Program-made: the position numbers and the translations under genes
Source: Octopus sinensis
Lineage: Eukaryota
Assembly: GCF_006345805.1 (NCBI RefSeq)
Contig: NC_042999.1
Span: 39,122,001-39,186,000 of the forward strand
DNA length: 64,000 nucleotides
Direction of reading: 5' to 3'
Shown: in pieces, positions 52,783-64,000 of the stretch
How the letters are laid out: the number at the start of each line of letters is the position of its first letter
Numbering within the stretch: the first letter of the stretch is position 1
Notes under the pieces: model-generated
Databases searched by the model: none
The model's input: only the letters and a program-made list of their open reading frames with translations
What the model was told of the DNA's origin: nothing

Positions 52783-53409
52783 TTGTGTGTAGGTTTCTAA
52801 GTGTGTTAGTAGGTGTGTACGACTGTCTGTCTATCTACTTCTCACTAACTGTTATCTGTCTCTTTGTCTCTCTAGGTCTCTCTCTCTTTCTCTCTCTCTA
52901 TATATGCAGATCTCTCATGCATACCCCATATATGCTATGAAATGAAAGTAATCACACCGGATGAGATGTCTGAATATGTATCTCTCGCTAGCTGTCTACC
53001 TCTCTATCGTTCTGTTTGTCTGTCTGTCTGTCTGTCTCGTCCTCTCTGTCCTTTCATCTTTTCTTAGTGCAAAATTCAACACTCACCATATATTTAACAC
53101 ATACACTGTCTGTCACTCAATCTTTCTCCCTCTCTCACCATTTATTTCTCTATCCCGTTCTTTCCTCTTCTCTCCTGTACTCTCTCTCTCTCTATGTATA
53201 TGTATAGCTATCAAATTGAATGCGTTTAAGTTTGTATACATGTGTAGTTGTGAGGGTGTGTGAGTGTGTGTATGTACACTTTTGTAAGGAACTTCATTAG
53301 GATGACAGAGTCAACAGGCCCTCACAAATCATCAGTAGTGAACTCAGGACACACACGAGCACAAGATACATTGATCAGATAACAAGCGTGCAAGATACTG
53401 TGTTGCACT

Positions 53410-53720
53410 GATTCACCAGAAGACGTTCCATTTCAATTCAAACGACTTCAATTTATAGTGAATCTTAGTTTGGCCAAGATGATCAACAGATCATGAGGAC
53501 AAACATTTTCATTTGCCGATTTACATCTTGAAGATCTTGGTTTCACCCATGGTCAGATTTACGTTGGTTGTTCAACAGTAAGCAGTTAGAAAAACCGTTA
53601 CATATATACACCAAATGGAAAAAGAAAAAATAGTCGTTTATGGAGACATTATGAATTGCCCCAAATAATGCAGAAATCCGCCATTATCAAGGGGCCAACC
53701 CAACAGGGTAATCACTATTT
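53410..53720 (+). mobile_element. Helitron Rep/Hel (PIF1 helicase) C-terminal remnant with degenerate 3' end
   Basis: PEDVPFQFKRLQF...MINRS*GQT...LHLEDLGFTHGQIYVGCSTV...YIYTPNGKRKN matches Helitron helicase motifs V-VI; not in the ORF track because of stops. Confidence 0.85.
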
Positions 53721-55151
53721 GACATGGGATAAAGAATTGAATAAACGCATTGTATTGTGAAAATTATCTGGCAAAGACAAGCTACATATATGTGTATGTG
53801 TGTATGTGTGTTCGTGTTTGCGTGCGTGTGTGCGTGCTTGTGTGTGTTTGTGTGTGTGTGTGTGTTTGTCTAATCCTGCTTTAAAAATATGCTTCCAAAA
53901 TAGAGGAGCTACTTAACCACGTGGATGGTTTTAACATGTACGCATATAGCATCATGCGCAACATCCATATAGTAATTTTCTTGTAACAAGTGTAAAAGAA
54001 GTGGCTTACTCATATCACATGTTTGTGATGCAACATTGGCCCTGTGTTATTTTTTTAACTGCTTTTTAAATATTGTACCGAGGCGAAGAGATACAAGGGA
54101 AAGAGTATACACAGGGCCCGAAAGTGAAGAAGAGTACGGAGTATTTTCGTTTGTTCATAGTATGTTGCGGGGGAATTTAAACGCGTCTCAGAGAGAATAT
54201 GTTCCCTTACATTTATGTCTTTCACCGATAAACAAGAACACGCAAAGCGGGTATCGGGCGCTTGAAAATGCTGCTGCTGCTACTGATGAGGGTGATGATG
54301 ATGATGATGATGATGATGGTGACTTCGACAACGACGGTGATGATATCGGTGCCTATTTCGTTTATAGGCCAGCCGTGTGCGAACGGCCGTGACGATACAA
54401 GTGCAGAGAAATAGCTTTGTTTCAAATACAGGCGAATGATAAAATGACAGATCCTGAAATACAAGTATACATGGAATACAACACACTCTATTGGTATGAA
54501 AAAAAGAACATATATGCATGTGTGTGTGCAAAAGTGTGTATGTGTCTGTGTATATGTGTGGGTGTATGTGCATTTGTGTGGTGCAAATACCCATGATTAA
54601 GAGTTCTGCGTGATGTACTACGAAATAGCTCTGGTGATGCTTTTGTCGTGTTTATTGCTACAAAACTGTCTTCACATCTTTTAAGATATTGGCTGTGCAT
54701 ACATAGTACAAGGTACATATATCACAGTGGGGAACGAAAACCTACACTCGTTATTACAGTGGCGGTTTATATGGCATAAAATTACAGAAGCGTATCCTAT
54801 TTAAATTCATATACATTTCTCTGTCTTATTTTGCCTTTGTCATCGGGTATCTTGCATGTGTTTGCCTAAAGAAAAAGAGAAACAAATACAGGCTTTTTAA
54901 ATTATGAAGAATAGCATAAACCTAAATTTAATCAATAGAACTTTTTTCCCAAATACCTTTTCATAACAAACGACTACAGAAGCCAACATATACAAGCCCA
55001 CACACCCAAAGATGAATTTAACTTAACAGCGACCATATAAAGGCAATACTAAAACTACTGCAACGCAGTCCGACGATAGGTTAGTTTGTCGAATCTTTGA
55101 AGTCACTGTCAACCATATTTTTATATAAATACACATGCATGCATGTTTAAA

Positions 55152-55191
<40 letters not shown>

Positions 55192-56284
55192 AATTCAATA
55201 CGTGTGGAAATAAATTTTCGATTGTTCAAACTATTGTATAGTTCTTCAAATGATATAAATGTTTTTATATTATCAAATTTGATACAAAACCTCTTTTAAA
55301 TGGAAGAAACCTGATAGAGCATATTTTCGAAGGGGCTTCGACATTGTTTCAAAGCTGAAAAATATTTATTAAGTTAAAAAGTAATGAAATAATGAGTTCT
55401 GTGCCGAAGATGATGTACTATCGGATGAGACAGCCCGGAATATATGTTAGATCACAACATTTTTTCACCATTTTATTCGATTGATCCTGGCTGAAAGATT
55501 GTAAATATCTTCCGCAACGGGATTCGAATTCGAAACTAATAACAAATACAAGATTCTAACACGAATTAAAAACTAATATTTCACCCGTCCCTCCTACTGA
55601 TTTTGCCACAAAGTAATATTTACAATCGACAGTAATATTTGTATTCTTTGTTGACTCATGATTTGTGTCATATAAACTATCAACACCAATGAAAAAATGA
55701 GGAGAGAAACAAAAAAAAAACCATTCAATAAAATAAGAAGTGAAATATTTCTCGTAGTGTCATCTCTTGTTTCCCTCACGTAGATAGTGAACATGGATTC
55801 AAATTCTTAACTGGTATGTGATGTTATTTAATACCTATGACTCAACACTTATGCCAATTCTCAGTAGCAAGTTATCAAATTACAGGCGCCATTTCTTGGC
55901 ATTTTTTTATTATTTATTCCACTCATGATCATCGTCAATCTTTATAATATAATTTAGATTATTTTGATGTTACCATTTTCAATGAGTCAGCAGGCTTCGG
56001 ATTCCTAATATGCTGTAGATTGTCTCTTCAGGGATTTCTTATTTGTTATTTATTATTGCGGCTTTTCGTATCCATAGTTGCAAAGAAAACGCTAATAATA
56101 ACTTGTAATAAACAATCTCTGGATTGGATTAATTCTGTTTGAAAGATTGAAAGACGACAGAGAATGTTTTAAATTTATATTCTGAAACGGAAAGAAAATT
56201 ATAGTGATATATTACATCATTATCATAGTATTGGTATGACATTTGCTGCAACGACTTTGCGAATGCTAAAATATGAAAGATATT

Positions 56285-56780
56285 AAGTGGCAGTGCGGTA
56301 AGGCGTTTGTGTTTTACTGTCACATGGTTAGGGATTCAGTCCCACAATGTGTCATCGTTGGTAATTACCTCCCACTATAGCCTCTGGCCGATTAAAGCCT
56401 TCTGAGTAGATATGGTAGTTTACACACACACACGTGTGTGTATGTGCGTGTAAACTACCATATCTACTCATAAGGCTTTAATCAACCAGCGTTTGATTAA
56501 AGCTATTACTCTGCACTTTAATCGGCCAGAGGCTATAGTGGGGGGTATTTACCAACTATGACACATTGTGGGAGTGAGTCATTGTGTTTGTCCTGCCCCA
56601 ATTCTTGGCAACAGGTGTGTTTACGTCTCCGTAAACTAGAGGTTCGGTAAAAGAGACCGATACAAAAAAATAAGTACCAGACTTTTAAAAAAATATACTG
56701 GGTTTGATTCTTTCTACTAAAGTTCAGCAAGGCACTCATCCAGCATAGCTACCGATTAATGACAGGCACAAGCAAAATCT
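56285..56780 (+). mobile_element. Family-C SINE containing an internal inverted duplication (56336-56578)
   Basis: SINE head and tail are present; 56336-56397 is mirrored at 56516-56578, and 56390-56425 at 56448-56483. Confidence 0.75.
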
Positions 56781-58564
56781 AAAATAATTAAAAGCTTGAT
56801 TATACCTTGAAAATGATGCGTGACAGTCTAACATCTAAAGCGTGACTTAGTGATATACTGACAATTTCTCGTCATAGATATTTTACTAATATTGCTATAT
56901 CTCTTGAAATTTTCTCGTTCCTGGATGAAGTCTACAGCTAATGTAGTTTCTTTAGGCAAGAAATTTCTTCTTTAATTTATAAGCATTGAACGTTCCAGCC
57001 TTATTACTGTGTTTTTCTTATTCCGAATTATTGTGCGTTGAATGTAGTCAAACATGTAGTCAATTAAATTTATTGTACCCAAATTACTATATTAGTAACA
57101 CGTTCAACGATATTTCTTTACCTAAGCTACTAATACATCTCAGAAAATCACTAACGATTCATATAATTTCTTTAAAAATCTAAAAGTTGGATCTCGGAAT
57201 GAACACAAAATGAATGCAGCCACCAAATTACACACGTGCCCTTAGATGTGTATTGAAATGATAGTAATGGACAGCTTGACATGGAAAGGGAGTTACTATC
57301 GAAGGCCAGTCTGAATAGAGGAGTCACTTCAATATGTACAAAGAAACGCGAAGTGTAAATCTTAATGGTACATCAGGGATATGTTATATGTCAGGGTTAA
57401 GTGAATGTTTCATCTCCTCGGTTTCGAGTTCTTTTATACACATATACACTAGCATATGGATCTGTACAAACGTATATCTATGTATTTTTGCAGGTGAGCA
57501 TGCTCTTCTATGTGCATATAAAAGTATACGAATATATTAGGGTCCCTATGTACATATGCATATAGATGCGCACACGTATATAGTTTAAACGTTTGAAATG
57601 TATGATTATACATCCCAGTCGCATTCTGATAGTGCTTCATTTGTTTACCAACAGTACTTCCAGATCGATTTAAGTGCATCCGTTTTCAAACTTCATTTAT
57701 ATGGAACTTAATAGAAGACAACTAACTATTTCAGGGCTATATGGTAAGATAGAGGTTTGTGTAACGTACACAGAGATTGTAAAGTAAATGTTTTATATAA
57801 GAAAGGTGGTAAATGAAAGCTTTGCTATTTCCTATGAGTTTAACATTCATTTTCAATGGTAAATATTATACTCGTATACACAATAGCCTCGGAGTTTTTA
57901 ACATTAGAAGTGATACATTATTGTTGCAATCGAAAAACATAAATTACTTCCCTTGACTATGGACGTTCAAAGAAACTTATTTCTGCCACGCTTACTGCTA
58001 CAAATCGGAATTAACTTGGAATCTTTCTATTATAGTACTGAAATCGAAATATGTTTGGCACACCTTCTAGGAAAACTTGGCATAGCACCAGTGCAACATT
58101 GTTAATTTCCTTTTTGTAAAATTTTGCGTGTTGCCTACAAATATCACAGTTATCCGGTTCTCGTTTTACACCGACACACACACACACACATGCACACACA
58201 TACACACACTCATATAAATACATACAAAAATAAGCGCCAGTCACAAATGCATACGCTATTTCAGCTGTGCCTGTGTGTATTTGATATGTGTGAGTATATT
58301 TGAACTATTGTACGTATCTGTGCATTACACTGACATACAGACACATCAACACTCACAGATACATTTTACGCAGACTCACGTACAAACTCATGCGCATACA
58401 AAAGCGCACGCGCACACACAAACGCACACACACACACACACAAACACTCACACTCTCACATATATATATATAAATAAATATATACATTATTTCTGAGGCT
58501 AAAAATGGTAGCAACACCGTCCTAATCAGGACCGTCGCTTTACGTTGGAAAATAGACTTCTCTT

Positions 58565-58598
<34 letters not shown>

Positions 58599-59938
58599 AA
58601 AAATATATATATTTATATAAGCAAGTCTGCTGATTAAAGAGAAGTATGAAGGCTTGCATCCATTTCTTTGTTCCTCAGTGCATATTGTTTTCAACATCTC
58701 AAAAGATAACTATTGTTGAGATAACTAAGTTTTCAATTTAAAAAAAAACAATTGATTTCATCACCTGCACATGCATTTTTGTCTCTCAGGCTTCTTAAAT
58801 GCAATGCATGGTAGCATCTGCATTTTCTATATTTTGCACCATTCATCATATTTAAAGATATATACGTAGTCGCATCGTAGGTGCTGTGTATATCAAATAT
58901 ATTATACAGATACACCTCGACATAGGTTACCGTCAAAAGACAAATACATTAATTTTACATTGATTCAGTCGTCGATTTGAGATCCTCAGTATCCAATAAT
59001 GTATATTTATATCCGACTAAACGTAGATATTGTGTTAGGCCACAGAATACTGTCTTACCTATTTTGAGAGCACTTCTCATTTCGACAAATTGGGTATAAA
59101 GGTACCGTATGTATATTGCTGGCAGTCGAAAACCGTTTGCAACAGCAAAAAAAAAAAACTGCCTGATAACCTAATTTCAATATAACTAGGTTTGCTTTTG
59201 TACAGGGGACAATATGAGAGGCCTTCTTAAGATAAACAACGCAGTGTCCGGTGGTCTAATACAATGTGCACATTAAGTTGGATATAAAGACTGCCTATTT
59301 TATCTTTGGTTTGAGCAAACGGGCTGAATAAATACCTGGGCAGATAGCAAAATCCATTATGAGAGAGGTATTATTCCTATTTACAGTGGTGAAATACTGG
59401 ACATTACAGAGAATGATAGCCCGGCGTATTTTATTGAGTAGATGCGATTCAGTATTCATCACAAGGTATATCTGAACATTCTGTACCTGAATGCATAAGG
59501 GCTAAATTATTTGGTCATAGGAATTTCAATTCTCTAAGGTAAAATCCAAGCTGACGGATGAGATTATTAATTAGTTGGCAGGCCTCATTCCTATTCAGAA
59601 CTCTTCATTGGAATAAATTATCTAAATGTTATCACTTTACTTCATTACAACGGCTGTTGTATATAGAAGCTTGATTAATTTGTTTCAGCGGTGAAATAGA
59701 TCCCATCATTTGTTTCAGGTAGCCAGTACTCTTTTCATCTATTCTTTCCTTCTTTTGAAGGATTTGATCTAAGGATTGTCCTTCATTCAACCACTCCATT
59801 AAATATCACCACAAATACGCAAGTTAATATCATATGTATCTATTCTAGTTACTACAGTTAGACAAATATAAACCATCTGTGAAGATTCCAACTTAATCTA
59901 GTAATGTTCATATAATATATGAATGCTAGTCAACATTT

Positions 59939-60005
59939 TGTTCACAAGATGTAGTGTATGGATACATATGTTCACAAGATGTAGTGTATGGATACATATG
60001 TTCAC
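59939..60005. repeat. Perfect 30-bp tandem duplication
   Basis: tgttcacaagatgtagtgtatggatacata x2 + tgttcac. Confidence 0.95.
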
Positions 60006-60835
60006 TTGCAGTGACTACATACTTTTGTAAACTCTCCAGTAAATCTCGTTATATCTATCTCTGAAATGCATATTCCGTTTAGCGTAATAACTTCCGGTAG
60101 TGTACTTCTTATAAACACATAAGCATCCATTGCTTTTCTAAGGTTGTTTTAGAAATCTATGCAGGTGTGCATGTATGCCACAATTATTTTAATTATGTAA
60201 CAATCTTCTGTTGTGTTAGCGACTTTGTTACTTTCAAACACACCCCTAGCATTTGAATTTTTATAAGACCGACTGTAATGAGTCAACTATAAGTGGTTGA
60301 AAAGCTTTACATATAAGAGTTGTCCACATAAGTATTGGATAAATATGCTTTAGTCTCCAGCCTTTAACAAACTTCAGAGAGTTAAGGGCTTACATATAAA
60401 CATACCTATCTGAGATGTCTTTAATGTTTCAATATTTCACTTTTTCCTGTTTTCAATCGTATACAGTAGGTATATCATGATATTGGATTGCAAATAGGTA
60501 CAACAGCTAAGTTTATTGATATATAACAGAAATATGCCTAGTATAATTAGCACTTTGTGTTCGATTCGAGCCCGATTTCGTGTGCCTAGAAGTATAGTAA
60601 TTTAATAGAATACCGACAGAACTTTCTTCAAGTCATTCTTCAGGTGTGTTAATTAGTATGCAATAGATTCCTACACCGCATTGAGTGCTTATTTAAAATT
60701 CATTTATGAGAAGAAAATATAGTGTCACGACGTTACAAGAGCGAGAGTGAGTAAGATTGGCGATATCGACTGAATGTTTGCAACTGGGCGGTTTGAGTCT
60801 ATAAAACTGAAACAAGCATGTTTTTTCAATTTGCA

Positions 60836-61022
<187 letters not shown>

Positions 61023-61833
61023 TATTCACACGGCAAAAAATACACGCACACACAAATAAACAAACACGCACACACACTCATACACATATATGTGGTGGTA
61101 TTGGTTCCTGCGCGCAGGCGCACGTATATGTGGGAAGGAGTGTTTTGCAGTAAATATTTCCTAACAGCACGTCTTTAACTTTAGCGATATCCAACATTAG
61201 CAGAACAAGAATTAATATTATTTTCTTTTTTTTTTATTTTTATCCTCAGGTTTGTTGAGAGCTATAAGTAATTTTAGCATTGATTTCTCTGAGGAATCAG
61301 TAATGAAATTAGTTTTGCAATTCATTTTACATGTGTGATTTCCATTTTACATCGAACAATAAGAAAGCATCGGAGCAAGTATATACCAAAATTTATGGAT
61401 TTAACCTTTGGGAGTTTCGAATTTCCAATGCAGTTGAAATATATTACCATAAACTAATGTATTGCTTTTGTACATTTAGAAGAGAAAATTAGAAAAATAG
61501 CGTAATATATACGAACAATAGCAAATGACAATCATTCATAATAACACAAAATATATTAATAAAAAGGTGGATTAAATTTTACAAAGGTTTTAAAATCTAA
61601 GTTACTTTAAAATGTCACCTTTTATATTCGGTTCCTAAATTCAGACCAGATTAAATGTATTGGGTACATTTAAAAAAAGAATTACCATAATTTAACGTGA
61701 TCACGATCAATTAAGTAATTTCTTAAACAGAACAAATACTGCATTAAGAAGTCAAAAACAATCTTAAAGATGAAGTGACTAGGCGTTTTCACTTTGGGAA
61801 ATAAGTCTAAAGCTATTTATTAGTAACTAATAC

Positions 61834-63020
61834 CGGTTTTAAAATTTGGCTCAAAGAAAACAATTTTGGGGAAGTATGAATGTAGAGAAAATTGAAGCTA
61901 AAGACTAATCTGTTACGTATTTTATCGACTACCGAAATGAGGAACGGCAAAATCAGACTCGGCCAAAATTGAACTCAGCACGTAAAGAAGGACGGAATGC
62001 CATTAAATATTTTGTCGGCGGTCTAACGATTCTGCCAATAAAAGTATAATATTGGTTCAAATTTTCCTACAAGGGAAGCAACAACGGGGAATAGAATTAA
62101 GTTTGCTCCTTCTCAAGCCATGCCTGGCTCATAAGGGCCAGTTATCGGTTTCCTTGATGTATAGGTTCCCCATCTGGACGGGACGCCGGTCCGTCGCAGA
62201 TGAGCTGCAAGATGCAGAAGGAAAGAGTGAGAGAAAGTTGTGGCGAAAGAGTCAGCAGAATTTCGCCATTATCTTTTGTCGGAGCCGCGTGGAGCTTAGG
62301 TGTTTCGCTCATAAACACGCACATCCCGGTCTGAGATTGAAACCCGCGATCCGTCGACAGTGAGTTCGCTGCTCTAACCACTAGGCCATGCGCCTCCACA
62401 ATATGATTAATTGGATTACATCGACCTCGTTTCACCACTGCTACTTAATTCATCGTCCCCGAAGATGAAAGGTAAAAATCGACCTCGGGTGAAATTCAGT
62501 TCAGAAGATAAAGACGGACAAAATAATGCGAATCATATTAAACGACGTGGTCACGATTCTGACAGCTCGTCGCCATATAAATATGTGTATATTTGTTTCA
62601 AATTTGGGCACAAGACAAGTAATTCAAGGCTAGGGCTTAAGTTGATTACAGTGACCCTAGTGTTTCACTGGTAATTATTTCATCGACCGCCGATGGACGA
62701 AAAGCTGAGTTGATTTTGGCAGAATTTGAACTCAGAAGTTTAAAGTGGACAAAATACCACTAAGTGTTTCGCCAGGAGCGCTAACGATTCTGCCAGCTCG
62801 TCGTCTTAAATAAATGTATAATATTCTTTTCTTTTCTAGGCACAATGCAAAAAATTTTTGGGGAGGGGGCCAGTCGATTAGATCGACTCCAGTACCCAAC
62901 TGGTAATTAATTTATAGACCCCGAAAGGATGAAAGGTAAAATCGACCTCGGTGGAATTTGAACTCTGAGCGTAAAGACAGGCGAAATACCACTAAAAATT
63001 TTGTCCGGCGAGTGTACGAA
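61834..63020 (-). mobile_element. Cluster of four co-oriented family-B SINEs (~61834-62038, 62053-62575, 62595-62807, 62836-63020)
   Basis: Repeated family-B motif chain; the second copy is split by a family-A SINE. Confidence 0.8.
62101..62397 (-). mobile_element. Family-A-related SINE with a third type of 3' tail, nested in a family-B SINE
   Basis: Head ggaggcgcatggcctagtggttagagcagcg; tail ...cccttatgagccaggcatggcttgagaaggagcaaac; imperfect TSD aatagaattaa/aatatgattaa. Confidence 0.8.
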
Positions 63021-63163
63021 GATATCCTGAAGGGGACATGGAAAACTCTCCTTTTCCATTCTTTTATCTTTCTCGAGAATGATTCCCGAAAGAATGGCTA
63101 TACTCATAATGTTCGACTATCCACTAAGTACGGTAGGTATGCAGAATACTTTTTGTAGATTTT

Positions 63164-63206
<43 letters not shown>

Positions 63207-63250
63207 TATATATATTATATGTGTGTGTGTGTACTTATATATATATATAT

Positions 63251-63282
<32 letters not shown>

Positions 63283-63739
63283 ATATATATATAAAATTTA
63301 ATATAAGGGTGAGAAATTGGATATTAATTTAATAACATCAATTTAACACCAGTGTTCTAGCATATTAAAATCTGAAGTTTCAGTAAATTATATTATATAC
63401 ATATGTATATACAACCAGTGTTGACCAAACGCCACTCGACAGTAAATCAAAATTCCATAAATGCTATCCGTAATTATGCATTGACTTGAATGGAGAAATT
63501 TGTCGCTGAAGAAGGACTTCAGGTTGAACAGTTTTCATAATGTTTCACACCTAGATGCTTTTATTCAATTCATTCAGTTGTTAAACATAAATATGTCTTG
63601 GAATTAAATGTTTCTTGTATACTGTCCGTTGAATTTTGGGCAACCATACACACACACACATACACACACAATTATATACATATATATATATATATACACT
63701 TATATATATGTGTGTGTGTGTGTGTGTGTACAGCGTTTA

Positions 63740-64000
63740 CCAGTAGCCACCCTCTTGACCCAAGGCAGTACTACCTCTTCCAAGCACCTAATGTAGGCCG
63801 TGCGGAATGATGAATGGAGGCATAAGGTTGCCATCACCGGAGGTCACTCCAAACACCATGATGTTGGCTGGATGTTTGATTTTTATCACTCTCGGTACAT
63901 ATTTGGGGGACACGGTAAGCCAACGGTTGTCCTGTGTGTTCACCATCTTATCCTGGCAAACATTCTTGTCGTCTGAGAAAACAAAGCATGTTCAGATGAA
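63740..64000 (-). mobile_element. maT/DD37D-type Tc1-mariner transposase fragment (continues past the window end)
   Basis: FSDDKNVCQDKMVNTQDNRWL...PRVIKIKHPANIMVFGVTSGDGNLMPPFII...YIRCLEEVVLPWVKRVA. Confidence 0.8.

Noticed and set aside
54036-54594. Poly-Asp and poly-His ORFs (also 36308-36520)
   Set aside because: (GAT)n microsatellite with no other coding signal
63500-63540. CTGAAGA...GAAC motif
   Set aside because: No GAAA and no stems

Overview
AT-rich eukaryotic DNA with many (TA)n, (CA)n, (TATC)n, (AAT)n and (TAC)n microsatellites. The SINE repertoire resembles octopus or another cephalopod (inference from recalled repeat families, not searched). I cannot support any intact host protein-coding gene; most listed ORFs are microsatellite artefacts. 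The window is mostly decayed transposons: a Penelope-like (PLE) GIY-YIG ORF end, CR1/L2, RTE and R4/Dong-type LINE fragments, a Ty3/Gypsy element, Tc1/mariner/maT remnants, Helitron pieces, MITEs, three SINE families and three ORF1-only (HAL1-like) remnants. The main signal is about 13 hand-folded minimal type-I hammerhead ribozyme (HHR) motifs from about 6 short repeat families. Most lie in small fold-back elements with one outward-facing HHR on each strand. Some have non-canonical cores (compensatory U3-A8, or U4C), and one sits in a ~352-bp retrozyme-like tandem unit. Several plus-strand polypyrimidine-AG|GT sites hint that the window lies in a giant intron. Coordinates and folds were read by eye, so boundaries are approximate.
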